A stretch of DNA of 64,000 bases from Lingula anatina (lineage: Eukaryota; Animalia; Brachiopoda): the NCBI GenBank assembly GCA_051362555.1, contig CM120642.1, positions 6,634,001-6,698,000 on the forward strand, in the 5' to 3' direction. Below are positions 40,401 through 54,067 of this stretch, piece by piece. The first letter of the stretch is position 1, and every line of letters starts with the position of its first letter. The position numbers were made by a program, and so were the translations under genes. The notes under the pieces were generated by a model that was given only the letters and a program-made list of their open reading frames with translations, ran no database searches and had not been told where the DNA came from.

Positions 40401-43400
40401 TGGAGGGTATGTAAAATGCTACAGAGATATCTGTATATATATATTATTAAATATATATTATTATATATATAATGTTAAATACTTGTTGCTAGGGTAATAT
40501 GCTGCCTAGCAACTGTTGCAATGGTTTACTTGGTTTTTTAATGTCTTCAAATAGTATAGTGATAGTTCTGATGGTTTGAAACATTATTAAAAGCCTTTTT
40601 AAATCATTTAAACTGAACAAGAAAGGTCCAATTAGCTTGTTACTAAGGTAAATCACTTCCTTAGCAACGGTTGCTAAGCAACGCTTAGAAATTTTGGGCA
40701 CTGCCCTTGAAAATGATCAGCATAGTCCATAGAACATTTGTGCCAAGTTTCATGCTTTTTCCACATTCTGAGCAATTTTTGCACCAGTCATCTAGACTAC
40801 TAGAAACGGGAGTTTTAATTTGGAAAGGAGAAATTGGAAAATTCTCCCCACTCGGTCTGTAAAAGAAACTGCATTTCATCTTTATGTAAGTTAGTTGAAA
40901 AATATGTACTCACGCTATATATCAATACGGGACCGTTATGCTTAATTGATTGGTGCCACATAATGCTAGATGTCCTAACATTGCTGCTTTTACGAAATAG
41001 ATTTAGATTGGACATTAACCAAAAACAAGAAAAAGTAGACGAAGATGCGATAAGGACGGTTAACGTTTAGGTGAAACTTTATGAAACGCGGATTTCGTCT
41101 AAGATGGTGAAACGACAATTATCGTTCAACTCATAACTAATGTATAAAGAGGAATTAGAGTTACAAGCGCCAGTATGAGAAGTACATGTTCACGCACTGT
41201 TCACGATGTTTGAGCAGCGTCCATGTACGCCACGCCTTTGTACTACATGTATACTTGGAATCACTGCATCGATCACTGAGCAAGCCTCCAGTGACAGAGG
41301 TAGACATATTTTGTTTACAAATCAAGAAAAGCAATTAGTTTGTACAATACTAAGGCAACAACAGCTCATTTATGGTCGCTTATTTCGAGTTACGTAAAGA
41401 GTTTACATGGGACGTTTGTATTTTCGCTAAGTGCATGATACGAAAAACAGTACGCACCTTTGAGGCCGTAAAATAATTATTCAACTTTCAAGTAGTACGT
41501 TATGTAATTCTCCGTGAATTCTCCGTGATCCTCTGTTTAGTTTAAACAAAATTAGTTTGAACAGAAACAGTCCAAGCTTAATAGCAATAACTTCATATTT
41601 GAAACGTTTAACAGTCATCTGCTTCGTTATAATAATCCGAAACTTTGATGGCTTTTATTCGCCACACTGACAGTCGTTTTGATTAAAAGAAACCTGTATA
41701 CAATTTCGCGTGGGCATCGTAAAAAACAGCTATTTCCTTCGCAGGGTGACTTAAGCTGTACCTGGACCTTGTATGGCTTTCATTTATCACCATACTTGAA
41801 TACATACAGGTTTTAGTATCTCTTGAGAAGCTTTTAAGTAGGTTTCAGCTTCAATGTCAACCAGGGGCTTTTTCACATTATGTCTTAAATTCTTGGACTT
41901 AGTTTATAGGAAGCTAAAGTCGGATAGCCGACAAAGCCAAGTCCACATTGCCATATTGTCTAAGAGCTTTCAAAAATGATTGGCCAGCAAAAAGTGGACA
42001 TAATTTGACGCACCTAAATGGGCCATTGTCACCACTGAGAGTAAAAACCTCCATTAAGACAATTCCAATAAGTCCTTGGGGATCAGGTACGCACTTAACA
42101 GTCTTCTCAAAAAGAAATGTACGGCCGAGTCGTCTGAGAGACAGGAGGCAACTATTTTAGTCCCAGAGCATCAGTCGACTTTTTTGGAACAGGACCCTGA
42201 TAGAACTGTGATAGAACTGAATAGATAAATGAAAATGTGTAATAACTCGAGTTCTAAAAAAACTTCATTGTTGCCTACGCACGCAGTTCGTGCTTTTTTA
42301 ATACTTTATGAAATATTTCACCCTCCAGAAAGGCTTTCTAAATAATTGCTGTAAGCGGAGCCTACGTTGTTATTTCTAGATGCGTTGTGTAGGCGTCTGT
42401 TTTTTTCAGAATACACCAGGTTGTCAAATGATTAAGGCATCCGTTGAAAAATTGATGTCGTTAAGTGCAGCAGATTCTCAGAACCTAAATCTTTAACTAC
42501 ACGAATCATAAAGCACCAGAATCAGACCGAGAATAGGTCCAACTGGCGTTATTAGACGACCATTTTACAGTTATATATCAGAATGCAAGTATGATACATC
42601 ATTATGTATGTGTATATCATTATGAATGAGAACATCACTGTCAAAAAGTAGTGACAGTAATAACGCAAGTAATAGCGTGTACTAATAAATTGATAAGTCT
42701 ACTGGGATTGAAAATGTATGTACGGGTATCCAGTTCATGAATTCATACGAGACTGACTCAGTTCTGACTCTTTTCTCCGTACAGCTCTTCTGTCTAATTA
42801 TCTTTACTGTCCTTTCTCTGATTCTGACTTGCAATGCCTTTATTCAAACTAAACCCGCGCGCCTCAATATTGGAAACCACTCAAGTGTAAACAAACCTCT
42901 CCCGCTAAGAAATTACTTCTTTTTCTTGAAAATAATTGAAATAAGAACCGTATCTATACATTTTCATCAGCCCATAATGCAATAATTCTGAGTACAGGGT
43001 GCATTGTTATGAATTTTAAATAAAATATGTATGCATACATGTATATAATATATAGATATATTTATCTCAGCATATCAGAGGCAAACGTTATGCCCTCCAT
43101 TATTTTACAACGTGAGGAATAAATCCAGACCGTCTTGCTTCCTCGGCGTTTTTCTGTAAAAACCTGGCTAGGGAGCATTTTGCACCGAGATTGTATTCTC
43201 TTTTTTTTTTTCCAAATCAAGATAACTGTCACTTGCAATAAATACGTTTTGAATTACAAGTTCTGTCGCTGGACAACGTACACGCTTCGTATATGCGGTG
43301 CGAAGACCTTTTTTTGGGAGCTCCTTATCGGCGATTCCGAACGGAATTAACTCTGATTAAATCGATTCGAATCAAAATGAGTGGGGTGCAACCAGTGGCA

Positions 43401-44397
43401 TTCAAAAAGAAACAGCAATCAACAGTCACTGCTTGCCGCGGAGATGAAACCAACCCTCAATAACATTTCTCACATTACACTTTATGCATACTCGAGTTGC
43501 CTGTTAAAACCCGAATGACCACGGATTCCGATAAGATAATGGCTTTTTCTTTCTAGTTTAAGCGACGACAGTATGTAAAGCCCATCTGTTGCAATTGATA
43601 TATCGATACTTCAATATTACTTATACAATTATATCAAATGTGCTTGATGTTGTAATTTTTCAGAATGCTTTAAATCAAATGTAGCTCTGTTAATTTTGCT
43701 TCATTGATTAAAATCAGTGGGTCTGCTTTCCATGCGATCATTCATGCAAAAGAGAAAGAACGAGAGAAACAGAGAGAATGATTCTGCCGCAATTCCTAAC
43801 ATGAATGTCTTCTTTTGAATATCTTGAGTTATTGCATGCAGATACATTTATGCGTTCTACAAAGCATGAATAATGTGCTTTTCTTTTGCTTCTCGTCCTC
43901 TAATTGATAAAAACATTCCGTTTAATAAAAAATTCACCTTAATCCATTACACGCACGTGTGTCGGTTTTGGTTTTTTGGGATCTGGCAGCAATTGTCCTT
44001 GCAACATTCGACGATTTGGTTTAATGGAAAAATAATTGTTTTAAGTTATTTTTCTGTTGTACATGTAAATGCACCTCCATATTTCTTGCAATACCAGAAC
44101 ACTTGAATTCTCAGAGGTCTAGTCTCTTTGTGGATTTCCAAGATCTTAATTGAGAGATAACGGACGAGAGGCATGAGGTAGACATTTGTGAAGCTTAATT
44201 ACTAATAAAAAATGGCGCCTCTAGTTGGTCAACTGGAGCCACCCGAGGTTGGACCGAATTTCTTAAAAGATATTTCTTAACTGTACAGAGGAGGTTTTGA
44301 TTATGAATCGACAGGTGTGCTTAAAAAATTAAAATCTTTTGTATCATGGTAGGTTCTACGAGAGAGACCTAACCTAATCTGAACTCTGTGCGCCAAT

Positions 44398-44441
44398 GCC
44401 AGATCACGTACAATGACAGATCACATAAAATGACAGATCAC
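44398..44441. repeat. Short tandem repeat, about 15-16-bp unit containing CAGATCAC x3
   Basis: CAGATCACGTACAATGA-CAGATCACATAAAATGA-CAGATCACA. Confidence 0.7.
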
Positions 44442-44708
44442 AGCGGCGATAATCTTTATTAATGTCATTTCCTTGTCCATGTTCAAAGCTAAGAGTATTG
44501 AGTTACCGCTAACTAATGGACCTATTCACAGTTTACCCGTCCATACTTGTTTGCGGACACGTGCATTGTCGTGATAGCAAGCTAGCGTCCATCACTGCAA
44601 CATTTCTCCAACTTTATACATAAATAAAATGTAGCTTAAAATGTGTTTGTATTTTCCATGAGGAGTTAAAATTTACTTTTATTGTTGTAAAACATTGAAC
44701 TTCAAAGG

Positions 44709-44783
<75 letters not shown>

Positions 44784-47559
44784 CGGTAGCTTCCAGCAGT
44801 GACAGTAACCCCGTGTGATATGTGGGTCAATTATTAATATTCTTAAAAGCTTTTAGACCAATATCGCAAAGTCGACTTTACTTAGTTGTCTATCTGATGT
44901 AAGTTGCCTAACCTTTGTGTAGGACCTTTTGACTTTTTATGAAACAGACCTCGAGTTAAAGGGGCCTATTCTAGCTTCTAGTAAGGTGAAATTTGCCCAT
45001 GTTAATTATTTTGGATGTGATCGATGCCTAACGGTGATCAAGAAACCATAATGTACTGGTTTTGCGTTATTGGCAAAGTTCAGAGATAATGAGCAAAAAA
45101 TTTAAGAGCAAAAACATCTGTTGCAATAGTCGCTGCCGGGTCGATGTGACATTTGCTTACCATTACAATTAACCAAGAGAGAGAAAAATCAGGACACGGA
45201 ATCAATATACATCTTTTGGTATCTTACTGTCGGAACTTATAATGACGATTTCATGAATTGGTTGAATAGTATATGTGAGCCATGCGTATGATCAAAGTGA
45301 ATTACTAGATTTTTTTAACATTTTAAGGTTTGGTCTCTTGAAACCAAAAACGTTAAGCAAACGTAGGAACGGCAAATGTTGTTCAATTTACCGAACATTC
45401 GTCTATTAGCGGATTATGCTTTGGGAATCTACAATAGATTTGGCATTTGCGTTGAATCGAAATTGAACCAGGGCCCAGGTGGTTTACATTGGCTCCAATG
45501 GCCGGTTTTCTTACAGGCATTACCTCCAGACATTACACACTGAATCAGATTTCTCGGTACAAGTATTACCATCCCCCCTCAGACCTGCCTCAAAGAACGC
45601 ATTCTGTTCGCATTTCATACACCATCAATCTTTTCCCTACGTCTATGTATATTCAGATGGATTTACCATATCAATTTCCAGTCTGCATTTACGAAATTCA
45701 TATAGAAACTCTGTACGGCAATATCATTCCGTAAACTTTTCAGATGGCAATCGGTATGAAGCGGGGTTAGTTTTAATAGTATTAACCGATGGTACTTTGT
45801 TTTGGCAATGACCATGCATATGTTTATTTACAGTGGATCATCTGTTATTGTGTTGTCACACTATCGCCATGCTCATGCAGGAATGGACTCCAACAAACAA
45901 CAACGGTGAAATTTTGCTACGTATTCTGGCTGCCAGTTTTTCATTTAAACGCACTTTTTTCAACAACTTATGGACACTTGTTATGCGTGTGAGGTAGGCA
46001 TCGCAAATTAAATTATCACCCGGTGAGATACATATCCCAAAGCTATATGTATATAGCCTTACAGATGATAACCAGTCGTCAAACAGCCTCGGATCCCCAT
46101 GGTCCACGGACTACTTAACCAAGATCCGTATGCATCAGGGAAAGTAATCAATGTGATTAACCTTCAAAAACAACAACAACCGTCTAAGGTTCGAACCAGA
46201 ATTAACTTATCCATGCTCTTGTTTTTTTCCCAACTGTAGCCCAGACCGTCTCATGTGAAATGAAGCACAGCTGCCATTGAATTACCAATTATAACCAAGT
46301 TCTCGTTAAGCCTGAATGGAATGTCCTATAGGTGACCATTTTCTTATACAGTAGTAAGGGCAATGCATCTTTTTAAGTAACAGAAATACCATTCAGTGGA
46401 AATTCACTTGTATGGGAAGAGACAATAATAAATACTGCAAGGGGTTATAAATTTTACAAGAATAACGATCAAGGTTTTCATAAAAGGATCTACAGCGGTA
46501 TATGGCACTTATGAACTTACATGTTAAGCAGGACTGATAGTTGTAACATATCCGAAAACCTTACAGCAATTGATTTAGTTGCCTTTTTGTCACAATCCCA
46601 GTGTTCGAAATACACTTAATGGTTGTCCCGATTAGAATTACAAGGCCAATTTGACATGTTCTTGGTGCACATCCGGACTTTGCTGGCGATCTAAACGATT
46701 AAATTTTAGTTGGAAATTGGCAAAGACAAATATGATAAAAAATGACGTCAACGCTTGCTAAACACTTTCGCAAATCGATGCATCCGTAAAGGAAGGTGAC
46801 ACCCGCTTTTCCTTTTCAAGTTCAATAATCAAGACAAGAGCTCTAAAAAGAGCTTTAAAATCCCTGTGCGTTATTGTTTTTGTACACGTGTCTCTCGTGC
46901 TCTTTACAGAAATAATCGCTTATTTGGGAAGCCAAACAGATATAGGTATTTTCTATTTTGGAGCCATATCAATGAAAATGTTTTGCAAGATTTTAAAATG
47001 ACATGTAACATGAAATTCTGCCTACAAATGGCTGCAAATTATTCCTTCCACCATATCAATGACAACCCTCTTCACACTGCATGGTCTATAACAATTACGA
47101 ATAGGTTCGTTTTCATCATACTGATTTGTATAGGGTGTGCATATGAACAAATCTGTATGACACAAAGTGAGTTGAAGGCCCTAAGAATGTCCTTATCGCG
47201 GCTAAACACCTGTGGGTTGCTACGCCTTACAAGACACAGTTAAGGGAAACGAAGCATTTAATAGGATTTATCTTAATTCAATTGAGGCGTTAGTGAGCCC
47301 GAACTTAATTTACTTACAGGCATTATAATGGAAGCTAATTTACCAAGAGAGAGCGACTGTCAAGCTATAATCGTGTCCTGCTAACTGGTGAGGAGGAACG
47401 GTCATCGATAATGAAGAACTAAACAGAAAAGGGTCGTCAGGTTTGTAGGTGCACATTTCAGTGAGGCCATCTCGTGATTTTATGGTGGCATGCATAAACA
47501 CAGCTAGAAAAATACTTCATTAAAGACACGCAAAAAAAAAAACGCGTACCGGTATACGG

Positions 47560-47790
47560 ATATGCACATACACATACATACATACATGTACCCGGGCACT
47601 AGCACGTACACACACTGTACAATCACGCATACACGTACACGCGCACACATGCACGCCTGCATACACATAAACGCACCGTCAGTGTTAAGACAGTGTTGAT
47701 TCACGAAACCAAGCAAAACCCTTACCAATGCGAACGTACATCCACGCACACATCCACACAAACATACACACACGTGCACATGCACATGTA
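47560..47790. repeat. Degenerate CA/TG-rich low-complexity tract
   Basis: Interrupted (CA)n, (CATA)n and (CACG)n runs; explains the Cys/Val-rich pseudo-ORFs here. Confidence 0.8.
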
Positions 47791-50552
47791 TTAGGTCTCT
47801 TTACAACGTCCGTCGCTCGATGTCTTCTATGAAACACTCCGATTCCAGCAGAAATAGCACGTTTTTCTCTTTTTCTAGATATCGTCAAGATACAGTGTAC
47901 CATTCGATTAGGCTATTATTTATTTATTGATATCGCGGCAGTTTCCCAGATTAATTTATTGTAACGATATTGCGAATGACACACATCTGCGTTGATATGA
48001 ATGTCGCATGTGTCTAAAGTACGTACGCGTGACAGTATGAACTCACGAGACTGTGCCATTCACACATTGAGTGACCATGTAGCGTTACTATTTTTGCCGC
48101 CACTCATGGTATATCGTTAAAAGGGTTCAACTGGTAAACAGATCAGTGAAAGAGATAGGATGAACATGCACTTATCCCCAACATCATGAAGACAGAAATA
48201 ATTCAACCAATAGATCAACACTGCAGAACAATTGAGCGCGGTCATTTCTCCGTGATGCAACACTATGAGGGAGAAACCGACGTGCCTGCAGCCATACACG
48301 TGTGTGTCCGACTGACTGAACAAAAAAGGGTTTCAGTGTATGAAAATTATGGCTTCACTAGCCGTACACATCTCTATATACAATATCATGGCGGCGTGTC
48401 GGGTACTGGCCTATCACAGCAAGTTTAAAGGGACTAAATAGGATTCTACTGGCACATGTACATACTCCACACTACACTAAACTATTAGTTAATTCCGTGA
48501 CTTACGCATCTCCAAATGCATGCTTTCAGTGGATAAAATGAGCTCAGCAGTAACGACCATTTTTTTATTTCTTTATTTATATTTTGTGACTGGAAAAAAA
48601 GACGTTGTCTTGCATCGTAGTATTAAATGATACAGTTACACAGTTCGACAGTTCGGGTACAGACATGTAGTGGTTTGTAAATGTGTTATCGGACATGGAC
48701 TCTGCAGGCAACCTGGTTGTGACAGCCAGTCAATCCCTGGCATTTTCCTAAAACACGTGGTGGTCGCTGGGAAGGCGCGTAATGTGATCAACACATAACC
48801 GTGATGAAAATAAATAAATAAATAAACAAATAAATAAATAAAAGTAAATAAATAAATAAATACACCGTGACACCACTACGATATTGCAGTACTTTAGATC
48901 ATCGGCGTTATTTGCCGATATCGACCCGCTTGCCATTTTTATTAGTGATCATTGCTGTTATAAAAACAATCATAAACTTCTGCAAAGAAATCCATTTTTT
49001 TATGTTACACACGCAAAGTCGCAATGCAATTTTCTACAAAACTAAATTTGATGAATTCTACTATTTCTTTGCTTTTTAAGAAAATTTTATTTTTGTACTA
49101 ATGACAAAAATGGCGTTATTTCGACTTATCCGTGACATAAATGAATGTCATATACACATGCATATACTTGCTTGCTTTTCTTATTGCTAACATTACCGCC
49201 AGTAATGGTGATGTATGGGTTTATTTGCTTCCCCGGGAGAATTAATGACTGTTGTGCTACTTGACAAAATATAGTCGAATTGTGAATGATTATCCTGCAC
49301 ATTCATAGAAAAAAGGGGGTGAAGGGGGGGGGGATAGACAGCTCTAACCACGTATAATATAGAAACCAGAGCAGTGGCAACCTAACTGCGATAGTTAATA
49401 TAATAAGCTTGGAGGCTGAGCTGCATGTACGAGGAGACGTGTTGCCCAAAACGTTAATGTATCTTACGACGTATCTTATAGGATGGTCTGCTACTAGTAT
49501 GTCCTTGATAATTAATGGAAATTAATCCTTTCATCATGACCATGAATATAGCCAAATGCAGTAACAATGATACAATGATGTGTTAGTTATGAACATAAAT
49601 CATTGCAGTGCAATACATGAAGTAAAATAAATGAAAGAGGTGGGCATATTCTGTTCCTTACTTGAGTGATTGTACGCATACTATATCTTAGTCATGAAAA
49701 CATATTTATAAATTAAAGTCTCTCTCTCGCTCTCTCTCTCTCTCTCAGTTCTGTCTTGTCCTATTGTTTTCAATATGTAAAGAAACCATCAGCAATTACA
49801 AAACTATATGTGTTCGTAATTTACATGACATTTTTTTGTGAAATTACCCCCTCTCTGATTGTACAGATAGACCAGTAAGACGACCTGACCCACGTAATTA
49901 GAAACACCAATCAATAATGTCTTTAAGCACCGGTCTATCGTATATGAAATACACGTTGTTCGGAACGCATAAAGTGACACTGCATCAGCTGGCTGTCAAA
50001 TCTCTAGCCACTCACTTTACCAGGGATACCCAGAGCCGAATTTATTGTTTTGTAAGTTTGTTTTCAATACCCGCTCCTTGCATAATGAAGCGACATGCAA
50101 TCCGTGTGCCTAGAGACGATATCTATTTCCATTCATTTTCCTTGCTTTGACCTTATAGCGATATAAGATATAGCTAAGCAACACGAATGATATCCATGCA
50201 TCATGGGAATTTATCGTTTATACTATATAAGCTCGCAATTGAGATTGAAGTTGGAATAAATAAAGTGACTTATGAAATCGATGAATTCAAGTACTAGTAC
50301 CTAGTCTATCTTGATTTAAACACATTTTGGCGAATTTAATAATACCATCTTTCTTTTCCCGGAACGCTAGGGTGGAACATCTTAAAGATTCTGATCTCCG
50401 TTTCTGCCAGAGCACAGTCACTTCCAAACCTTAGCTGGAGCCGAGAATACTTGTCATCTCCGGCATTTTTGCTATCATGTCATCAATACAATGACAAAAT
50501 CATCTCAAGATGTTAAAATATACATTTGTATCACATCAACGTAAAGACTTAC

Positions 50553-50797
50553 CGGCGTCCACTCTTGGCACCCGATGGTGTTAAAGTCTCGCTGGACGGG
50601 TACCTGTCCCTCTCCGGCCTTATGGTGTCCCGGCCCCAACTGTCATCGGACAAACTCATGGACAGCGGCCATGCCAGGTACCTGGACTCCCTGAAGATGG
50701 TGTGGAGGGTCCGGTAATCGCCGAACGATCCGGCTCGTGGGATACACGGAGTAAGGTAGGATCCATAGGTTGACCGGATCGCGTTGCGTTTTGCCAT
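50553..50797 (-). CDS. Alternative N-terminal coding exon E, most distal (MAKRNAIRSTYGSYLTPCIPRAGSFGDY...PSGAKSGR, 81 codons + 2 nt)
   Basis: CAAAA-ATG-G start; markedly GC-rich open frame; donor CG|GTAAGT at 50552 in phase 2; CpG-rich upstream region. Confidence 0.8.
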
Positions 50798-51099
50798 TTT
50801 TGTAATCTCTCTGTTAAGCGCGCTTTATATGTGTTTATGTAAAGTTGCAAAAGACGTGAGGCGTAACGCCTGTGCGTAAATGCTATTAAATCGTATTCAC
50901 GTCTTTTTAATGAACAACCCCTGTCACATTGACTGTGCTGGGAATTTTTGATTGAATGTGATTTTAAACCTTCCACCACAGCCGTAAACTGGTTAATTTT
51001 CAATAAGAAAGAAAGCAACTGCCTGTCGACTCTTTTCCTCTCTCCTTTTTAGACTGAGCTTGTTAATGCGTCCAGCAAACGAAACGACAATCGCTCCGT

Positions 51100-51470
51100 C
51101 TGTCTTCACGAGAGCCCACAAAGCAAAATCATGGACGTCAGTCGCCGATATCAGCAGTATACCTGCAACTACTCTTAGTGTTAAAACCCTTCTATAATTA
51201 TTGACCACAGCTAGAATGGAAGTCCGACTGTATACTGTAATTGTACTTGCACCCGTAGAATCGTTGTGTCAGTGCAAAACACGAACAGTTGCGCATGCGG
51301 GACGACTTCAATGTTGTGTACGCAAGTCGTTGTGTTGCTGTCTTATTCCTTAATGAATTGATAATGACAGGAAACACATCGGGTGAAGATGACGTGATTG
51401 TGATCTAACGCCATTGGTTTGATCTACAAATGCCAGCGACTATGACCGATGGAATTGACGTGTATGATGA
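51100..51470 (-). promoter_or_regulatory. Putative promoter region for exon E
   Basis: CpG-rich; CRE-like words GGACGTCA (about 51133), TGACGTGA (about 51390) and TGACGTG (about 51456), and a CCAAT on the minus strand (about 51413). Motif matches only. Confidence 0.3.
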
Positions 51471-52095
51471 GAAATGATATTGTAATTACTGGCAGCGTTT
51501 TGTAACTCATTACCGGGTTCGTCGTTGTAGGGCTACAAGAAGAACTTACAGATTATTGAACGTTCTACTTATTACACCAAGCCAGTGTGACAGGAATTGT
51601 AGTCCTAGGAATGCAATTCCTGGATACCACATCGTATTAAGCTCAGGGTAAGCTGAAGTACATGTATTGAGTTTAGTACATGTACCGGTATATATGACGA
51701 ATGTCACCAGTACTAAGGGATAAAAACGGACTATGATTCCTAGAGTATTGTCAATCCTGCCATTCCTGTCCCCTTGTTTTAGGTAGTTCCGCTTAAAGAC
51801 GCAACATGGCGCAAGTGCCTAACTGACTTAGGGTAGACAGCACATGCTGGACGGCTCAATGTCTAACTTAATTTAGATTTCGAAAATTGATAGTGCATGT
51901 TGGTAGCCTCAAATGCATTTAATAATTTTAAATATGCAAATTACATTTTTTTAAAAATCGATCTCATTACCCCTGCCAACTGCCCTTAAGACAACAAATA
52001 CTTGGTATATCGCAGTTAGAGAACAGAGTCATCTTGGTGCAATTTTACCGTATAAAATGGACAGTTACTGAACAAGCAGCCATAGTTAACTGTTA

Positions 52096-54067
52096 GGCAG
52101 TTTTTTTTTAATTACCTGTTTCTCGAACGATTTTTATTTTTGTCAGAGGTCGGAGGGGGGAAAAAAATAAAAAATATTTTTCAAAATAATGACTTTTTGG
52201 TCACTCATTTTCAAAACTACATTAGACAATGGTAAATACTGGTTTTAACACAGTATAGCAATTTTTGGATAAAAACAGCAATTCCTTTTCAATGTTTTAT
52301 TTAACTAAATGAATGTCAATTCAACAAATCATTCTTGTAAATTACAAAAAAAACACAGTTTGCCTTTCTATGCATTCACGATGGCAGTGCACAAAACAGT
52401 TTTTTGTCAATCTTGATGCAATATTATGTATGATTTAATGATTAAGTGGAAAATCATCAAATTTAAATTATCTACTTCATGTAACATGGTCATCCAGAAA
52501 CAATATGGCTTCATGCCCACATAAGTCCCACACTGAAAATACCAATACATGTATATGAAAAATGACCATTTCATAAAAACAGCATAACTTCCATAAAAAG
52601 AATCCAATCAGGCTATATTTCAGACCTTTGAATCTTTCAATAAGTTTGAGAATCATCTTATTAAATGGCCTTCCTTAAATGGTCACTATGGCAGCTGCAC
52701 TAAACTAGCCAGTCTCACTCTGCATATGGGCTTCTATACCATAGCTCCTCTGTCAGTGTCTCTGCTATGCTTTTTCCAAGATTTTTGGCCTGTCCAGCCC
52801 GAAGACAAAGATTGAAGTCTTCCACTACTTGCGAGGTGGAATTATACATTGCCTGCCTTGCATTACTTGGGGATTCACTAAAAAAAATATTTCAGATAAG
52901 TTAACTGAGTTGGATGTGTGCCTTCTCTTAGCTGCATAGGAATTGTATAATTCAAAAGACAGCAAACAATTGCTTAGCCAGATTGTTGAAAATACAAAAA
53001 CCAGCAAGGGTAATATGGCCTGTTATGGAACTTTGGTCTTAATTTTTATTAAATCTAAATGGCAGCAACAACTTAACTTATTCAATTTTATTGAATGATC
53101 CACCCTTTTTATCAGGAAAAGGTCTGCTCTGGATCAAAATTGAAGACACGTTGCTTCAGTATAGAAACATCTGCTGTTGTGAGCGAGCAATTAGCATTTA
53201 ACATACGTTTTTGTGAAAGTGCAAAAAAGGACATTTATTTACCAACATATCAATGCCTAAAATACATTCACCTTAAAAAACTATGACACTCTAGACTGAT
53301 AAAACGAAAAAAAAATACTCACATCATTTCTGGAGACTTTCAGAAGTACCGGTAGGCCTACACGAGTGCTGCATTAAAAATCCAATGCGCTCTGTATCTG
53401 ATGTTCTCGGAGAGTTTAGTTGAGCCTGCATCTTTTGATGTTCACTGCCAACTGTTTTCTGAATGCACTTAATGTCAATATCTACCACCGTAGTGACCGG
53501 CATTCTTACATTCAGTTCAGAACCTATTTTTGCTCCCTGTTGAAACCTTCCACACGTGACAAGTGTTGCAGTTGATATTTTCATTTCTGACAGAAAGCAG
53601 TCAATAAAATGGCCTAAAACGTCTGTAACACTGGCCGGACAGACCTTTTTGCATAATATCTTTGGTCCTTCCTTCACTATAACACTGAGCCACACAACAG
53701 TGGTCAATTTCCTGCTTAAGTAGAGAAAGCTACTCCAGTATGCGTCTCCCGCCATGTTGCATTAATTTGACAAATGCAGTGTAAAATATCAGCGAAGCAT
53801 TGATTGGCTTAAAAACCGGAAGCTGGGGGAAATGAACCAATCGTTTACTTTGGCTTAAATACCCTTCGTTTTGAACTTGTAGGCAGTCATGTGACGCGGG
53901 AGTCCAGTGAAACTTGTTAAGTTTCATGTTTACGATCGAACAGTACGATCAGTCGGAAGTCGGGGAAAAAATAAAAATATTTTTGATTTCAATTTTATTT
54001 TTTTTCTATTTTGGCCATTTTGATGTCGGCGGAGCTTGAGAAACAGGTTATTAAAAAAAAAACTGCC
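52096..54067. mobile_element. PIF/Harbinger-like DNA transposon derivative (about 1.97 kb)
   Basis: About 30-bp TIR GGCAG(T)nAATTACCTGTTTCTC / GAGAAACAGGTTATT(A)nCTGCC; 3-bp TTA duplication on both sides; subterminal GTCGG..GGGGAAAAAA.TAAAAAT motif near both ends. Confidence 0.75.
53323..53755 (-). pseudogene. Degenerate first exon of a gene carried inside the Harbinger-like element
   Basis: AAC-ATG-G start; 143-codon ORF stopping 2 nt before a donor AT|GTGAGT at about 53321; further broken coding-like pieces down to about 52450; no DDE motif recognised. Confidence 0.45.

Larger units (their letters stand above)
38201..40799. mobile_element. Internally deleted AcademX-like DNA transposon
   Basis: About 330-bp imperfect TIRs (38201-38534 and 40475-40799) with TAG...CTA termini; flanking 3-bp duplication CTA; internal remnant resembling an Academ transposase C-terminus. 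Confidence 0.75.

Noticed and set aside
40913-41015. Minus-strand ATG exon candidate MSNLNLFRK...LIYS|GTGAGT
   Set aside because: Donor is phase 0, incompatible with the array; weak start context; chance donors are expected.
44398-44441. Repeat-spacer-like pattern (CRISPR-like)
   Set aside because: Ordinary short tandem repeat with near-identical 'spacers'; no cas genes; eukaryotic DNA.
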